Part shown: piece after piece, positions 20,372 through 29,392 of the stretch | Numbering within the stretch: the first letter of the stretch is position 1 | Layout of the letters: each line of letters begins with the position of its first letter | Origin: a candidate division TA06 bacterium | GTDB lineage: Bacteria > Hydrothermota > 32-111 > QNBC01 | DNA length: 35,440 bases | NCBI GenBank assembly: GCA_003641665.1 | Contig: QNBC01000003.1 | Coordinates: forward strand, 1 to 35,440 | Reading direction: 5' to 3' | Program-made: the position numbers and the translations under genes | Notes under the pieces: generated by a model | Told to the model about the DNA's origin: nothing | The model's input: only the letters and a program-made list of their open reading frames with translations | Databases searched by the model: none

Positions 20372-20572
20372 CTATTTTAGTATAAAATTTGCAATAATAG
20401 TCAAAATTATGGAAATAATTATGGAACTTACTATGGGGATTATTATTGTAAAATCATTCTTCTTGATTATAATATCACCCGGCATATGAAACTTTGGCAA
20501 AAATGTTAAAATCAAACCGACAATTAAAAAGAATATCCCCAGCAAGAGCATTATTTTTCCCAATCCTATCAA
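20372..20572 (-). CDS. DUF2905-family small membrane protein
   Basis: Two TM helices around PGDI...F...PI-x-SSIIIS; usual position between ruvB and queA. Confidence 0.85.
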   Translation of the reverse strand: MIGLGKIMLLLGIFFLIVGLILTFLPKFHMPGDIIIKKNDFTIIIPIVSSIIISIILTIIANFILK

Positions 20573-21591
20573 AACATTTCCTCCTGTTTATTAAAGCCGT
20601 TATACGCAATATCCAGATGTTTGAACGCAAGTTCCGTAACTTCCCTACCCCTTGGCGTCCTCTTTATAAATCCTTTCATCAGAAGGTATGGTTCGTAAAC
20701 ATCCTCTATGGTATCCTGCTCTTCTCCGATGGATGCGGCTATGGTCTTTAACCCCACAGGACCACCATTGTATTTCCTTATAATAGTAAGTAAAATTTCT
20801 CTATCCACATCATCTAACCCCTCTTCATCTATTTTTAATTTCTCGAGAGCATGGGTTGCTATGGCTTTATCAATAACACCTTCCCCTTTCACAATAGCGT
20901 AATCCCTGACTCTTTTTAACAGTCTATTTGCGATTCTTGGTGTCCCTCTGGAGCGCCTTGCAATTTCCAAAAGCCCGTCTTCTTTATATTTGGCTTTCAA
21001 TATTTTAGCAGATCGCTTTATGATTTCCAGAATATCATCCTCACCGTAGAAATTGAGACGCGAAGTGAAACCGAATCGGGATCGCATAGGAGAAGATAAA
21101 AGCCCCGTTCTTGTTGTAGCTCCTATGAGAGTAAACGGTTTAAGCGGTATTCTCACTGATTTTTCACCCGGACCATTATCTATCATTATATCGAGTAAAA
21201 AATTTTCCATGGCGGGGTAGAGATATTCTTCCACCGTGCGATTCATCCTATGAATTTCGTCTATAAAAAGAATATCCCCTTTTTTCAAATTCGTTAAAAT
21301 CCCGGCAAGATCGGCGGGTTTATCGAGAATGGGACCACTTGTAATCTTAATATCAACATCAAGTTCATGGGCGATTATGTATGCAAGCGTTGTCTTCCCC
21401 AATCCGGGAGGTCCGAATAGTAAAATATGATCCAGGGATTCGTCACGTATTTTCGCCGATTGGATAAAGACGGAAAGATTCGACTTCAAATCTTCCTGTC
21501 CGATAAATTCATTGAAACTCTTAGGCCTGAGAGCATTATCAAATTCGACATCATCTTTGGACCTAGAAGGTGTAAATATTCTTTCTATCAT
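20569..21591 (-). CDS. ruvB: Holliday junction branch migration helicase RuvB
   Basis: LRP, GPPGLGKTT, FIDEIHR, GATTR, RGTPRIANRLL, EPYL, RTPRGR. Confidence 0.98.
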   Translation of the reverse strand: MIERIFTPSRSKDDVEFDNALRPKSFNEFIGQEDLKSNLSVFIQSAKIRDESLDHILLFGPPGLGKTTLAYIIAHELDVDIKITSGPILDKPADLAGILTNLKKGDILFIDEIHRMNRTVEEYLYPAMENFLLDIMIDNGPGEKSVRIPLKPFTLIGATTRTGLLSSPMRSRFGFTSRLNFYGEDDILEIIKRSAKILKAKYKEDGLLEIARRSRGTPRIANRLLKRVRDYAIVKGEGVIDKAIATHALEKLKIDEEGLDDVDREILLTIIRKYNGGPVGLKTIAASIGEEQDTIEDVYEPYLLMKGFIKRTPRGREVTELAFKHLDIAYNGFNKQEEMF

Positions 21592-21592
21592 A

Positions 21593-22168
21593 CTACTTTT
21601 CCTGTAATGCCAATTTGATTATTTCCTCAATCGTAAGATTGGAATCTCTCTTTAAAATCTTTCCGACCTTCTTTTCAGCGTCGTTTCTCTTATATCCGAG
21701 TTGCATCAAAGCCCGAGCTGCATCGTTGAATTTCGACTCGTTTACCCTATCAGGTATCGTAACATCCACATTCAACTTATTCTTCAATTCCACAAACAAC
21801 CTCTCCCCCGTTTTTTTCCCAATTCCCTTTATTCTTATAAAACTCGAAATATCCCCTTTGGTAACATTATCATAGATCTCTTTCGGTGAAAATCCGCTTA
21901 ATATGGATAGGGCGGTTCGCGGTCCTATACCGCTTATCGAAATCAAATCAAGAAACATATTTCTCTCTTCATTTGTACCGAATCCGAATAATTCGATTTT
22001 TTCCTGTCGAATAATCATAACAGTATACAGGCTCACATGGGAATTAATTTCTGGCAATATGGATGAAACGGAAACAGGTATGTTAATTCTGTAACCAATA
22101 CCGTTTACATCAATCAGACAGGAAAGGGGGTCTTTATCTGTAAGAATTCCTGATATTCTCTCTATCAT
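21593..22168 (-). CDS. ruvA: Holliday junction DNA-binding protein RuvA
   Basis: GIGY, LFGF, HhH motifs GIGPRTAL and GIGKKT, ALMQLGY. Confidence 0.96.
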   Translation of the reverse strand: MIERISGILTDKDPLSCLIDVNGIGYRINIPVSVSSILPEINSHVSLYTVMIIRQEKIELFGFGTNEERNMFLDLISISGIGPRTALSILSGFSPKEIYDNVTKGDISSFIRIKGIGKKTGERLFVELKNKLNVDVTIPDRVNESKFNDAARALMQLGYKRNDAEKKVGKILKRDSNLTIEEIIKLALQEK

Positions 22169-22631
22169 AATCCATCAAACATCCGATTGCAATAGCACAT
22201 GCATCGGAAATATCATTCTCCTTTTGTGGAATTTCTATATTCAATAACTTCTCCACCATGTATTTTACAGCTGATTTGGAGGCATTGCCTTTTCCCGTAA
22301 CAATCTTTTTCACCTCTCTCGGGGCAAACTCTTTTACCTTCAACCCGTTTACAGACGCGGCAATAATCGCTGCTGCTCGTGCTTGACCGAGTTTCAAGGA
22401 TGATTGATAACTCTTGCCCGAAAACACCGTTTCAATTGCAAATAAATCAGGTTTTTTATCCTTTATAATAGCATCTATACCGGAGAATATCGTCATCAAC
22501 CTTACGGCAACATCCTCCTTTACGTTCGTTTTAACCAAACCGTATTCTACCAATTTGAAACCGTATTGCTTGTATTCAATGATGGCATAACCCGTATTTC
22601 TAAATCCCGGATCTATTCCAATCGCTTTCAC
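22134..22631 (-). CDS. ruvC: Crossover junction endodeoxyribonuclease RuvC
   Basis: GIDPG, AIE, LGQAR, VKK-x-VTG-x-GNASK, DISDA. Confidence 0.96.
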   Translation of the reverse strand: MKAIGIDPGFRNTGYAIIEYKQYGFKLVEYGLVKTNVKEDVAVRLMTIFSGIDAIIKDKKPDLFAIETVFSGKSYQSSLKLGQARAAAIIAASVNGLKVKEFAPREVKKIVTGKGNASKSAVKYMVEKLLNIEIPQKENDISDACAIAIGCLMDYDRENIRNSYR

Positions 22632-23386
22632 TGTTTATTTAATATTTTTTCCATGATCTCATCCGGGATGTCAAAATTTGTGTATGTATTTTGTACATCA
22701 TCGAGATCATCCAGGGCATTCATCAGTTTTAATACCGATTCCGCCTGTTTCTCATTCAATTTCACAGTTGTTTGAGGGATCTTTGTCACTTCCGCCGTAT
22801 CGTATTTTATTCCCTTTTCATCGAGGGCATTCTTCACATCAAACAATGCATGAGGCGTTGTATAAATCGTAATCGTGCCATCCTCCGTTACCATATCATC
22901 TGCACCGGCTTCAAGAGCGACTTCCATTAATGTGTCTTCATCCGTGTTCTCATCTTTGGTAATCGTTATGATACCTTTGGAATCAAACATCCAGTTAACC
23001 GATCCCAATGAACCGAGATTTCCGTTGTACTTGTCAAAAACATGTCTGACTTCGGCTGCTGTTCTATTTTTATTATCTGTTACGGTTTCCACAAGTATTG
23101 CAACGCCATGAGGACCATACCCTTCGTAGGTCACCTCTTCGTATGTAACGCCCGGTAATTCACCTGTTCCCTTCTTTATTGCTCTTTCTATATTATCACT
23201 GGGCATATTTGCCGCTTTGGCAGCCTGTATCGCATTTCTCAGTCTTGCATTCGCTTCCGGATCTCCTCCACCTTCTTTTGCAGCCATTGTAAGTTCGCGA
23301 ATCAGTTTTGTAAACACCTTGCCTCTTTGTGCATCTGCCTTAGCTTTTTTGTACTTGATGGAACTCCACTTATTGTGACCTGACAT
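22628..23386 (-). CDS. yebC: YebC/PmpR family protein
   Basis: MSGHNKW, YEGYGP-x-G, TDNKNRT, DDVQN; upstream of ruvC. Confidence 0.97.
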   Translation of the reverse strand: MSGHNKWSSIKYKKAKADAQRGKVFTKLIRELTMAAKEGGGDPEANARLRNAIQAAKAANMPSDNIERAIKKGTGELPGVTYEEVTYEGYGPHGVAILVETVTDNKNRTAAEVRHVFDKYNGNLGSLGSVNWMFDSKGIITITKDENTDEDTLMEVALEAGADDMVTEDGTITIYTTPHALFDVKNALDEKGIKYDTAEVTKIPQTTVKLNEKQAESVLKLMNALDDLDDVQNTYTNFDIPDEIMEKILNKQ

Positions 23387-23429
23387 CTATACCTCCTAAA
23401 AATAGTTTGATATTCGATATTTGTATCCG

Positions 23430-23458
23430 ATATTATCATTTTATAAGCATTTTTGCAA
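23430..23458 (-). promoter_or_regulatory. sigma70-like promoter TTGCAA-N17-TAATAT for the yebC-mazG operon
   Basis: 17-nt spacer with TGn extended -10. Confidence 0.5.
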
Positions 23459-23498
23459 GTGTAAAAAGAATTGGACAAGATTAATCATCCGCTATATG

Positions 23499-23566
23499 CG
23501 AGTTTTTCATAATAAATTGCAGATGTTTTTACCATAGCGGGAATTGACTTTATTATTAAAAACTCG
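23499..23566. repeat. 18-bp inverted repeat (17/18 match) with 32-nt spacer
   Basis: cgagtttttcataataaa 23499-23516 versus tttattattaaaaactcg 23549-23566. Confidence 0.7.
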
Positions 23567-23630
23567 TTTTATTATGTTACTATTTGCCATATCTTTCTTC
23601 AACATTATGACTTTTATCTTAAAACATTAA

Positions 23631-23669
23631 TAATATTCATACCTATCTATTGAATAAAAATGCTTGACT
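23631..23669 (+). repeat. Promoter-abutting dispersed repeat, copy E (no insert, shorter spacing)
   Basis: taatattcatacctatcta followed 14 nt later by TTGACT. Confidence 0.45.
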
Positions 23670-23808
23670 TTTATTTCCTCCTTTTCATTATGAGTAATCT
23701 CCTTTTTTTAAGATTACCCCTTTTTGCATTATTTTCAATCCTTCATATGTGACATTTCGCTTTGTAATTTATATGTAACATTTTAGCATTGTAACATCAG
23801 TCCATCAT

Positions 23809-23837
23809 TTGACATCCATTTTCTTTTGTTATAGTAT
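23809..23837 (+). promoter_or_regulatory. sigma70-like promoter TTGACA-N17-TAGTAT for the OmpA-family gene
   Basis: Perfect -35; preceded by TGT(A/G)ACAT direct repeats. Confidence 0.5.
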
Positions 23838-23915
23838 TCTATAATGAAAGATTATAATCAATTCAGCGTAGCAAAAGTACTAAAAATAGTGTTTTTTCAA
23901 AAAGGAGACTTTATT

Positions 23916-24884
23916 ATGAAAAAAATAACATTGATTCTGGTAATTGCATTAATGTTTTCAACAAATCTATTTGCATTGGAAACAGAAGATATTAAAGGGG
24001 CAAAAGACAACCCTCTAATTTCGAGATTTGATAATTCCGTTATTGTCTACTATAATACCGTTAAATGGGATACCTATATTTTACCCGTTTCAAAAATCAT
24101 AAAAGTTGAAGGGCAAAATGCCTGGAAGAAAAAGTTAAAATTAGAAGGGGAAGTAAATAGAATTCAATATGTAACAGATAAAAACAACAACGCATCTTTT
24201 GTTTATATGAATTATTTGTCAGCATTAAAAAAGTCCGGTTGGGAAATACTCTTTAGTGGTAATGGCAGTAATGAACTTGGAAATTCAAGTTATGAGTGGC
24301 AATACACTATGTTTGGAGAAGGCTTGGACCTGGGGGATAAATTCGGAGGTAAATACAATTTTCGTGGCAGTGATTATGCCTATATTGCTGCAAAATTTGA
24401 GGAAAATGACACATCCTACTATGCTATGATTTACATTATTGAGAAAGATGATTTTACAATGATAAATCAAGATATAATAAAAGTTAAAAATCCCGATTTA
24501 GGATTAGTTACTGCAAAACAGTTAACCGAAAAGATAGACAAAAAAGGACATTTGGCGTTAGATGGTATTTTCTTTGAAACAGGTAAGGCTACTATTACGG
24601 AAAAGTCTATTCCTGCTTTAAAAAATATTGCTGGATATTTAAACAATCACAAAAACAAAAAGTTCTTCATTGTAGGGCACACGGACAATATGGGCAATTT
24701 TCAAGATAATATGACATTATCCGAAAACAGGGCAAAAGCTGTAATGAATGAGTTAATCAATAAATATGGTGTTGATAAAAATCAATTACAGGCTTATGGA
24801 GTGGCAAATCTATCTCCGATAACTTCCAATTCAACCGAAAAAGGAAGAGCAAAAAACAGGCGAGTTGAAATAGTAGAGCAATAA
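23916..24884 (+). CDS. Exported OmpA-family protein with DUF4892-like N-terminal domain
   Basis: SD AAGGAG then MKKITLILV signal peptide; DIKGAKDNPLISRF; IFFETG, VGHTD, LSENRA, GRAKNRRVEIV. Confidence 0.92.
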   Translation: MKKITLILVIALMFSTNLFALETEDIKGAKDNPLISRFDNSVIVYYNTVKWDTYILPVSKIIKVEGQNAWKKKLKLEGEVNRIQYVTDKNNNASFVYMNYLSALKKSGWEILFSGNGSNELGNSSYEWQYTMFGEGLDLGDKFGGKYNFRGSDYAYIAAKFEENDTSYYAMIYIIEKDDFTMINQDIIKVKNPDLGLVTAKQLTEKIDKKGHLALDGIFFETGKATITEKSIPALKNIAGYLNNHKNKKFFIVGHTDNMGNFQDNMTLSENRAKAVMNELINKYGVDKNQLQAYGVANLSPITSNSTEKGRAKNRRVEIVEQ

Positions 24885-24941
24885 ACCATACTACCAATAT
24901 TTGAATTAGCTATAAGAGGACATGTCGGTTTAAATCTATTT

Positions 24942-24970
24942 ACCATCTATTTTAAGATGGTTATTACATT
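24942..24970 (+). terminator. Possible intrinsic terminator after the OmpA-family gene
   Basis: 7-bp stem accatct/agatggt, 6-nt loop, imperfect T-rich tail. Confidence 0.3.
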
Positions 24971-25026
24971 TTATTTTGATTATAAAACTCTGAAATGATT
25001 TCAAAAGGAAAGTTATGCTGGACTTG

Positions 25027-25131
25027 TTTCAGTATATCAATTTTACCTGTTAATTATTACCATACCTGTTCGTCGAAACTTCTGTGCAGACTGATCTATT
25101 ATATACCAAAATTAAAATATTTGCTTTGACA
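25027..25131 (+). repeat. Promoter-abutting dispersed repeat, copy F (opposite strand, degenerate 30-nt insert at 25065-25094)
   Basis: Insert matches the reverse complement of the copy B insert at 22/30; cagtatatcaatt-ttacctgttaat aligns with cggtatctcaattatttccgattaat; ends in TTGACA 25126-25131. Confidence 0.7.
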
Positions 25132-25154
25132 TGTGATAAAAAATGCTTTATAAA
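25126..25154 (+). promoter_or_regulatory. sigma70-like promoter TTGACA-N17-TATAAA
   Basis: Upstream of SD GGGAGG and ATG 25177. Confidence 0.55.
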
Positions 25155-25176
25155 TTAATCATACAGGGAGGTTCGG

Positions 25177-25908
25177 ATGATTATTTATCACATTTCGGAT
25201 CTGCATTTGGGTAGTTCTTACTATCTCGACAAATTGGGTGCTTCCGTAGCGAATATCATAAATAACGATGATTGTGACATTCTCCTCGTGACAGGAGATC
25301 TTACAAGTGAAGGGCATTATTTCGAATTTCAAGCTGTAAAAAAATATCTTAAAACCATAAAGAGTAAGGAAAAACTCATCATTCCAGGTAATCACGATTC
25401 GAGAAATGCCGGTTATATAACATTCGAGAATGTAATTGGTAAGAGAAATACATTCATCATAACGGGAAATATCGCCATTCTTGGACTTGATTCAAGCGAA
25501 CCCGATCTCGATGACGGGCACATTGGAAGAGAGAACTACCCGATGATTCGTAAATTCTTTGAAGATAATGATGACAAGATTAAAATACTTTCATTGCACC
25601 ACCATCTTATCCCCATCCCGAGAACGGGAAGGGAACGCCATATACCGGTTGATGCCGGGGACGTCCTGGAACTCATAAAAGAACTCAACATACATATGGT
25701 TATAAGCGGGCATAAACATGTACCGTACATTTGGAAACTCGAAAATACTTATTTTATCACAGCAGGGACGGCTACAACAAACAGAACGAGAGGCGATCAA
25801 GCACAGTCATTTAACAAGATAATTATCAAAAATCGTAATGTAAGAGTGAGTTTTATAAATTCAAATACAGGCAATGAAAAAGAGGTATTGAATTTTAATG
25901 CCAAATAA
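25177..25908 (+). CDS. Calcineurin-like metallophosphoesterase (CpdA/Icc-like)
   Basis: Complete motifs SDLH, TGDL, PGNHD, LHHH, SGHKH. Confidence 0.92.
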   Translation: MIIYHISDLHLGSSYYLDKLGASVANIINNDDCDILLVTGDLTSEGHYFEFQAVKKYLKTIKSKEKLIIPGNHDSRNAGYITFENVIGKRNTFIITGNIAILGLDSSEPDLDDGHIGRENYPMIRKFFEDNDDKIKILSLHHHLIPIPRTGRERHIPVDAGDVLELIKELNIHMVISGHKHVPYIWKLENTYFITAGTATTNRTRGDQAQSFNKIIIKNRNVRVSFINSNTGNEKEVLNFNAK

Positions 25909-26800
25909 TGTTTATGCAGGTATAGACATAGGCGGGACATTCACAAAACTCGGTGTCGTTTCTCATGATAAGATCGTAGCAAGAAAACTAATCAAGAGCC
26001 CGACGAATATAAACGAATTCTTCCAATTGTTCGAGGAGTTAAAAGCCAATTATGAATTTACAGCTTTGGGGGTTGGTATACCTGGTATAATCGACCATAA
26101 AAATATGATAATGAAATACGCTTCGCCTTCCCTTGGCTTTTTAAATGAAAAATCTATAAAAGAGAAGATTGAAAGGATAATAAGCACTAATGTGTACATA
26201 ACAAACGATGCAAATGTTGTTACAATCGGTGAAATGATATATGGAGCGGGCAAAGGGATAAGTTCGGCGCTATGCCTGACACTTGGAACGGGAATCGGTG
26301 GAGGTCTGTATTATAAAAACAGGTTGCTGATAGGTGACAACGGATTTGCAGCAGAATTCGGCCATATTAATGTGATTGAGAACGGAACTCTTTGCTCATG
26401 CGGGAAAAGAAGAGGGTGTGTTGAAAACTATTTTTCTATTTCCGGAATTATAAATCTTGTTAGAGAAGTAAAAGGTAAAGAGCATCCTATGGAGGAGATA
26501 TTGAAAATGGCTCAAAACGGGGATAAAGATATTTTAAAAGCTCTCTCGAATGTATCATTTCTACTTGGAAAAGCAATAGGCGCCATATTACTCGTAATCG
26601 ATATAAATACAATCATCCTCGCCGGAGGACTGTCACGATTTTTCCCCTATATCAAAAATGCTGTTATGAGAGGTATAAAAGAATATTGCTACTCCTCAGA
26701 TTATGCAAACATTACAATAAAAAAATCCGAATTACTGGAAAATGCCGGAATCCTCGGCGCCGCTTACCTCGCTAAATCCCGCGGAGAAATTCTATATTAG
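25898..26800 (+). CDS. ROK family sugar kinase (glucokinase-like)
   Basis: GIDIGGT, NDAN, TLGTGIGGG, EFGH, CSCG-x-x-x-GCVE; no N-terminal HTH. Confidence 0.92.
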   Translation: MPNNVYAGIDIGGTFTKLGVVSHDKIVARKLIKSPTNINEFFQLFEELKANYEFTALGVGIPGIIDHKNMIMKYASPSLGFLNEKSIKEKIERIISTNVYITNDANVVTIGEMIYGAGKGISSALCLTLGTGIGGGLYYKNRLLIGDNGFAAEFGHINVIENGTLCSCGKRRGCVENYFSISGIINLVREVKGKEHPMEEILKMAQNGDKDILKALSNVSFLLGKAIGAILLVIDINTIILAGGLSRFFPYIKNAVMRGIKEYCYSSDYANITIKKSELLENAGILGAAYLAKSRGEILY

Positions 26801-26897
26801 TAATATTCGAATTGTCAAACTGCCGTAACAATCCCATACAATTCACATGCTACTTTTACTTTTTCTTCTCTTTAATGTGACAAAATATTAAATCTCC

Positions 26898-28349
26898 TCA
26901 AATGCCGGACAAAACATCCTCTTTCTTACTCCTTTGTCTGTATATCATAAACAAAACTATTAAAATCGGAATAACTAATAAAGTTAAACTCATTTTTCTA
27001 TCCAAAGCGATACTGATATGAAACCTATTGAAATATGAAAGTAGGTAAAAATAGATCTTCTCGGTAAAATATATCACCGCTATTATATATTTTGATAAAA
27101 TAGGGAAAAATATGTGGAATATAATTGCCAAAATACCAAGAGTTATTATGAATGATGTTAAAGGTATGAAAATTATATTGGTAATTGGGGTTATTATTGA
27201 AACTTCGTGAAAAAAATAGGTCAAAATAGGTAGTGTAAAAAGGGAGATTAAAACGCTAATCACAAATGGATACAGTACATTTTTTTGAATACTGTTTTTT
27301 AAAGGAACATTAATCAAATCATTGGAAATTAAAATCGCAAGAGTAGCCGAAAAACTAAGTAAAAATCCCGGTGTATAAATTTGGCGTGGGGATAGAAGCA
27401 AAATAATAAATCCCACGGCAAACAATAAATTATAGGAGGATATATAACGTTTTACAAGATAGGAAATCATAATCATACTTAACATCACAGATGCTCTGAA
27501 TGCTGAAACTCTGAAATTTACGAATATAAGATAAAAGCCAATTGCCATTAGAACAAACAGTGTCGCAAATTTCATATTTAAGCGAAACAATCTCGCTAAA
27601 AGAAACATTATTCCCATTATAACTGCCATGTGCAAGCCGCTCAATGCGAGTAAATGGTTAATACCGCTACTTTTAAACATATCTCGTATGCTTTTTGATA
27701 ATCTTTCCCTTTCCCCAAAAAGGAATGACATTAAGAGGCTATTGTATTCATCCGGTAATGATTCAAAAACATCTTTTCTAAAAATATCAGTAAACATCAA
27801 TAATCCATTTAACGGTTGAGAATTTCCGCATTTTAATATCTTAACATAACTGTCTCTTTTTATTGTAATTTTACCGTATATCCCGTTATTTTCATAGTAT
27901 TGCTCGATTTGATCATTGAATTTGGATATAAATCCCTTAAAGGAAATTTCATCCCCGGGAAACAGTTTATAGTAACGATTGTAATTTATTAACCGTATCT
28001 TTTTCCCTCTTAAATAATCCGGATAAAACACACTTATGTATGCTTTGTTCTTATCAATGTTAAATGTACCATCACGCAAAACTTTCCCTTGAATATATAC
28101 ATCCTCTTGCTCAATACCCGAGACTTTAGCCTTTTTTGGTAAAATAACACCAAGTGCAAAAATTATGATTATAATAACAAATTGAGAAAAACGGTGATAT
28201 GTGAATTTAAAAAGAATAAACCACAGAGCGAATAGCGATATTAAAATAATCCAACCAAAATCCAATTTGTCGGATAAAATAATACCTAAAACAAAAATGA
28301 AAAATACTTTTACACTTAAAATTGTTCTGCTATTTAAGCGATTCCTCAA
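26898..28349 (-). CDS. comEC: ComEC/Rec2 DNA-uptake channel, lacking the C-terminal beta-lactamase-like domain
   Basis: F-x-x-SG-x-x-HLLALSGLH, SAFRA, GFLLSFSAT, many TM segments; 483 aa. Confidence 0.9.
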   Translation of the reverse strand: MRNRLNSRTILSVKVFFIFVLGIILSDKLDFGWIILISLFALWFILFKFTYHRFSQFVIIIIIFALGVILPKKAKVSGIEQEDVYIQGKVLRDGTFNIDKNKAYISVFYPDYLRGKKIRLINYNRYYKLFPGDEISFKGFISKFNDQIEQYYENNGIYGKITIKRDSYVKILKCGNSQPLNGLLMFTDIFRKDVFESLPDEYNSLLMSFLFGERERLSKSIRDMFKSSGINHLLALSGLHMAVIMGIMFLLARLFRLNMKFATLFVLMAIGFYLIFVNFRVSAFRASVMLSMIMISYLVKRYISSYNLLFAVGFIILLLSPRQIYTPGFLLSFSATLAILISNDLINVPLKNSIQKNVLYPFVISVLISLFTLPILTYFFHEVSIITPITNIIFIPLTSFIITLGILAIIFHIFFPILSKYIIAVIYFTEKIYFYLLSYFNRFHISIALDRKMSLTLLVIPILIVLFMIYRQRSKKEDVLSGI

Positions 28350-28695
28350 TTTCCACTACGGTTTTGTGCAATTCGTAACGAGCCAGCCCCAGATTCTGGT
28401 TCTCTCCCTCTACAATAAGGTAAACAAAATAGAGCTCGTTTATGGGAATAATAATGTATGTGCTATAACCCGTTGTAAAAAACATCTCCATTAAGTTGCC
28501 CTTATCTCTGCTTTTAGCGACTTTATCACTATTTAAAATTATAGATGTAACATCCGCATCCATTTTCTCTATATCTATACTATCGTCTTTTTTTACATGT
28601 GCAAGTCCCATTCCGTCGGTCCCTACTATGCTTACCAGTACGGAGCCCGAAATTTTATCTAAAAGCTTATTTAATTTCTCTTCATAATTAATCAT
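28330..28695 (-). CDS. Roadblock/LC7 (MglB-like) domain protein
   Basis: 121 aa; IVGTDG, GNLME, NLGLARYEL. Confidence 0.85.
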   Translation of the reverse strand: MINYEEKLNKLLDKISGSVLVSIVGTDGMGLAHVKKDDSIDIEKMDADVTSIILNSDKVAKSRDKGNLMEMFFTTGYSTYIIIPINELYFVYLIVEGENQNLGLARYELHKTVVEIEESLK

Positions 28696-29354
28696 TACTT
28701 CTTACCTCCTTTAAATATCTTGCTAAATATCCCTCCCCTTGAAGCTTCATCTATTTTTTTCTTTTCCATAAGCGCTCTTTTATTGTGCGGATTCCACTGT
28801 AATGCTTGTTTTATATTGCTCTTATATTTTTCTTCATTTCCCATGGATTTATAGATTATTGCTATGTTCACGTACAGGTCCGCATTATCTATCTTTTGTT
28901 CAAGGGCTTTTGTTGCATATTTTAATGCTTCGTTTACATTGCCCCCGGATGACATAATCGCAAGAGCTAAAAAACTGTTCGACTCAGGGTGATTCGGTTT
29001 CATCTTTATACATGCCTTGAAATATTCAACTGCTTTCTTGAATTCTTTTTTCCCTATTGAGTTTATACCTTCCTTGAAAATTTTTGTGAAATGTTGCTCG
29101 ACATAAACATCCCCTTCATCTTTAATCCCCATTCGCAGTTTTTTGTCGTATTCGTTCCTTCTTGCTGGATCAATCAATACACGGTATGCTTCCGTTATTA
29201 ATGCAAAATTATCATTAGTTGATACCCATCCTTCTTTTGTTATCGAATTTGCCTTATCCGGATGAAACAACTTAGCAAGCTCTAAATAGGCATTTCTAAT
29301 TTCTTTGGTTGTTGCATTCTTAGGGATTTTTAAAATTGCATAATAATCTTTCAT
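28695..29354 (-). CDS. J-domain plus TPR protein
   Basis: DYYAIL, FHPDK, EAYRVL-x-D-x-x-RR-x-x-YD, then about three TPR units. Confidence 0.9.
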   Translation of the reverse strand: MKDYYAILKIPKNATTKEIRNAYLELAKLFHPDKANSITKEGWVSTNDNFALITEAYRVLIDPARRNEYDKKLRMGIKDEGDVYVEQHFTKIFKEGINSIGKKEFKKAVEYFKACIKMKPNHPESNSFLALAIMSSGGNVNEALKYATKALEQKIDNADLYVNIAIIYKSMGNEEKYKSNIKQALQWNPHNKRALMEKKKIDEASRGGIFSKIFKGGKK

Positions 29355-29363
29355 ACTAATAAT

Positions 29364-29392
29364 ATTATATAAAATTTATTGATAATTTTCAA
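29364..29392 (-). promoter_or_regulatory. Internal promoter TTGAAA-N17-TATAAT, 9 nt before the J-TPR ATG
   Basis: -35 lies in the last greA codons; no SD before ATG 29354. Confidence 0.6.

Noticed and set aside
20369-20374. TAG-ATG in-frame junction suggesting genome-wide TAG recoding
   Set aside because: ruvA, etfA, mazG and DUF2905 end at TAG at their expected C-termini, and no gene is broken by internal TAGs; code 11 fits.
23844-23915. Longer ORF-track N-termini for the OmpA gene (23844) and PLD paralogue 1 (34933)
   Set aside because: Signal peptides begin at ATG 23916 (with SD) and ATG 34888. The extensions would bury the signal peptides, and the PLD extension overlaps its predicted promoter.
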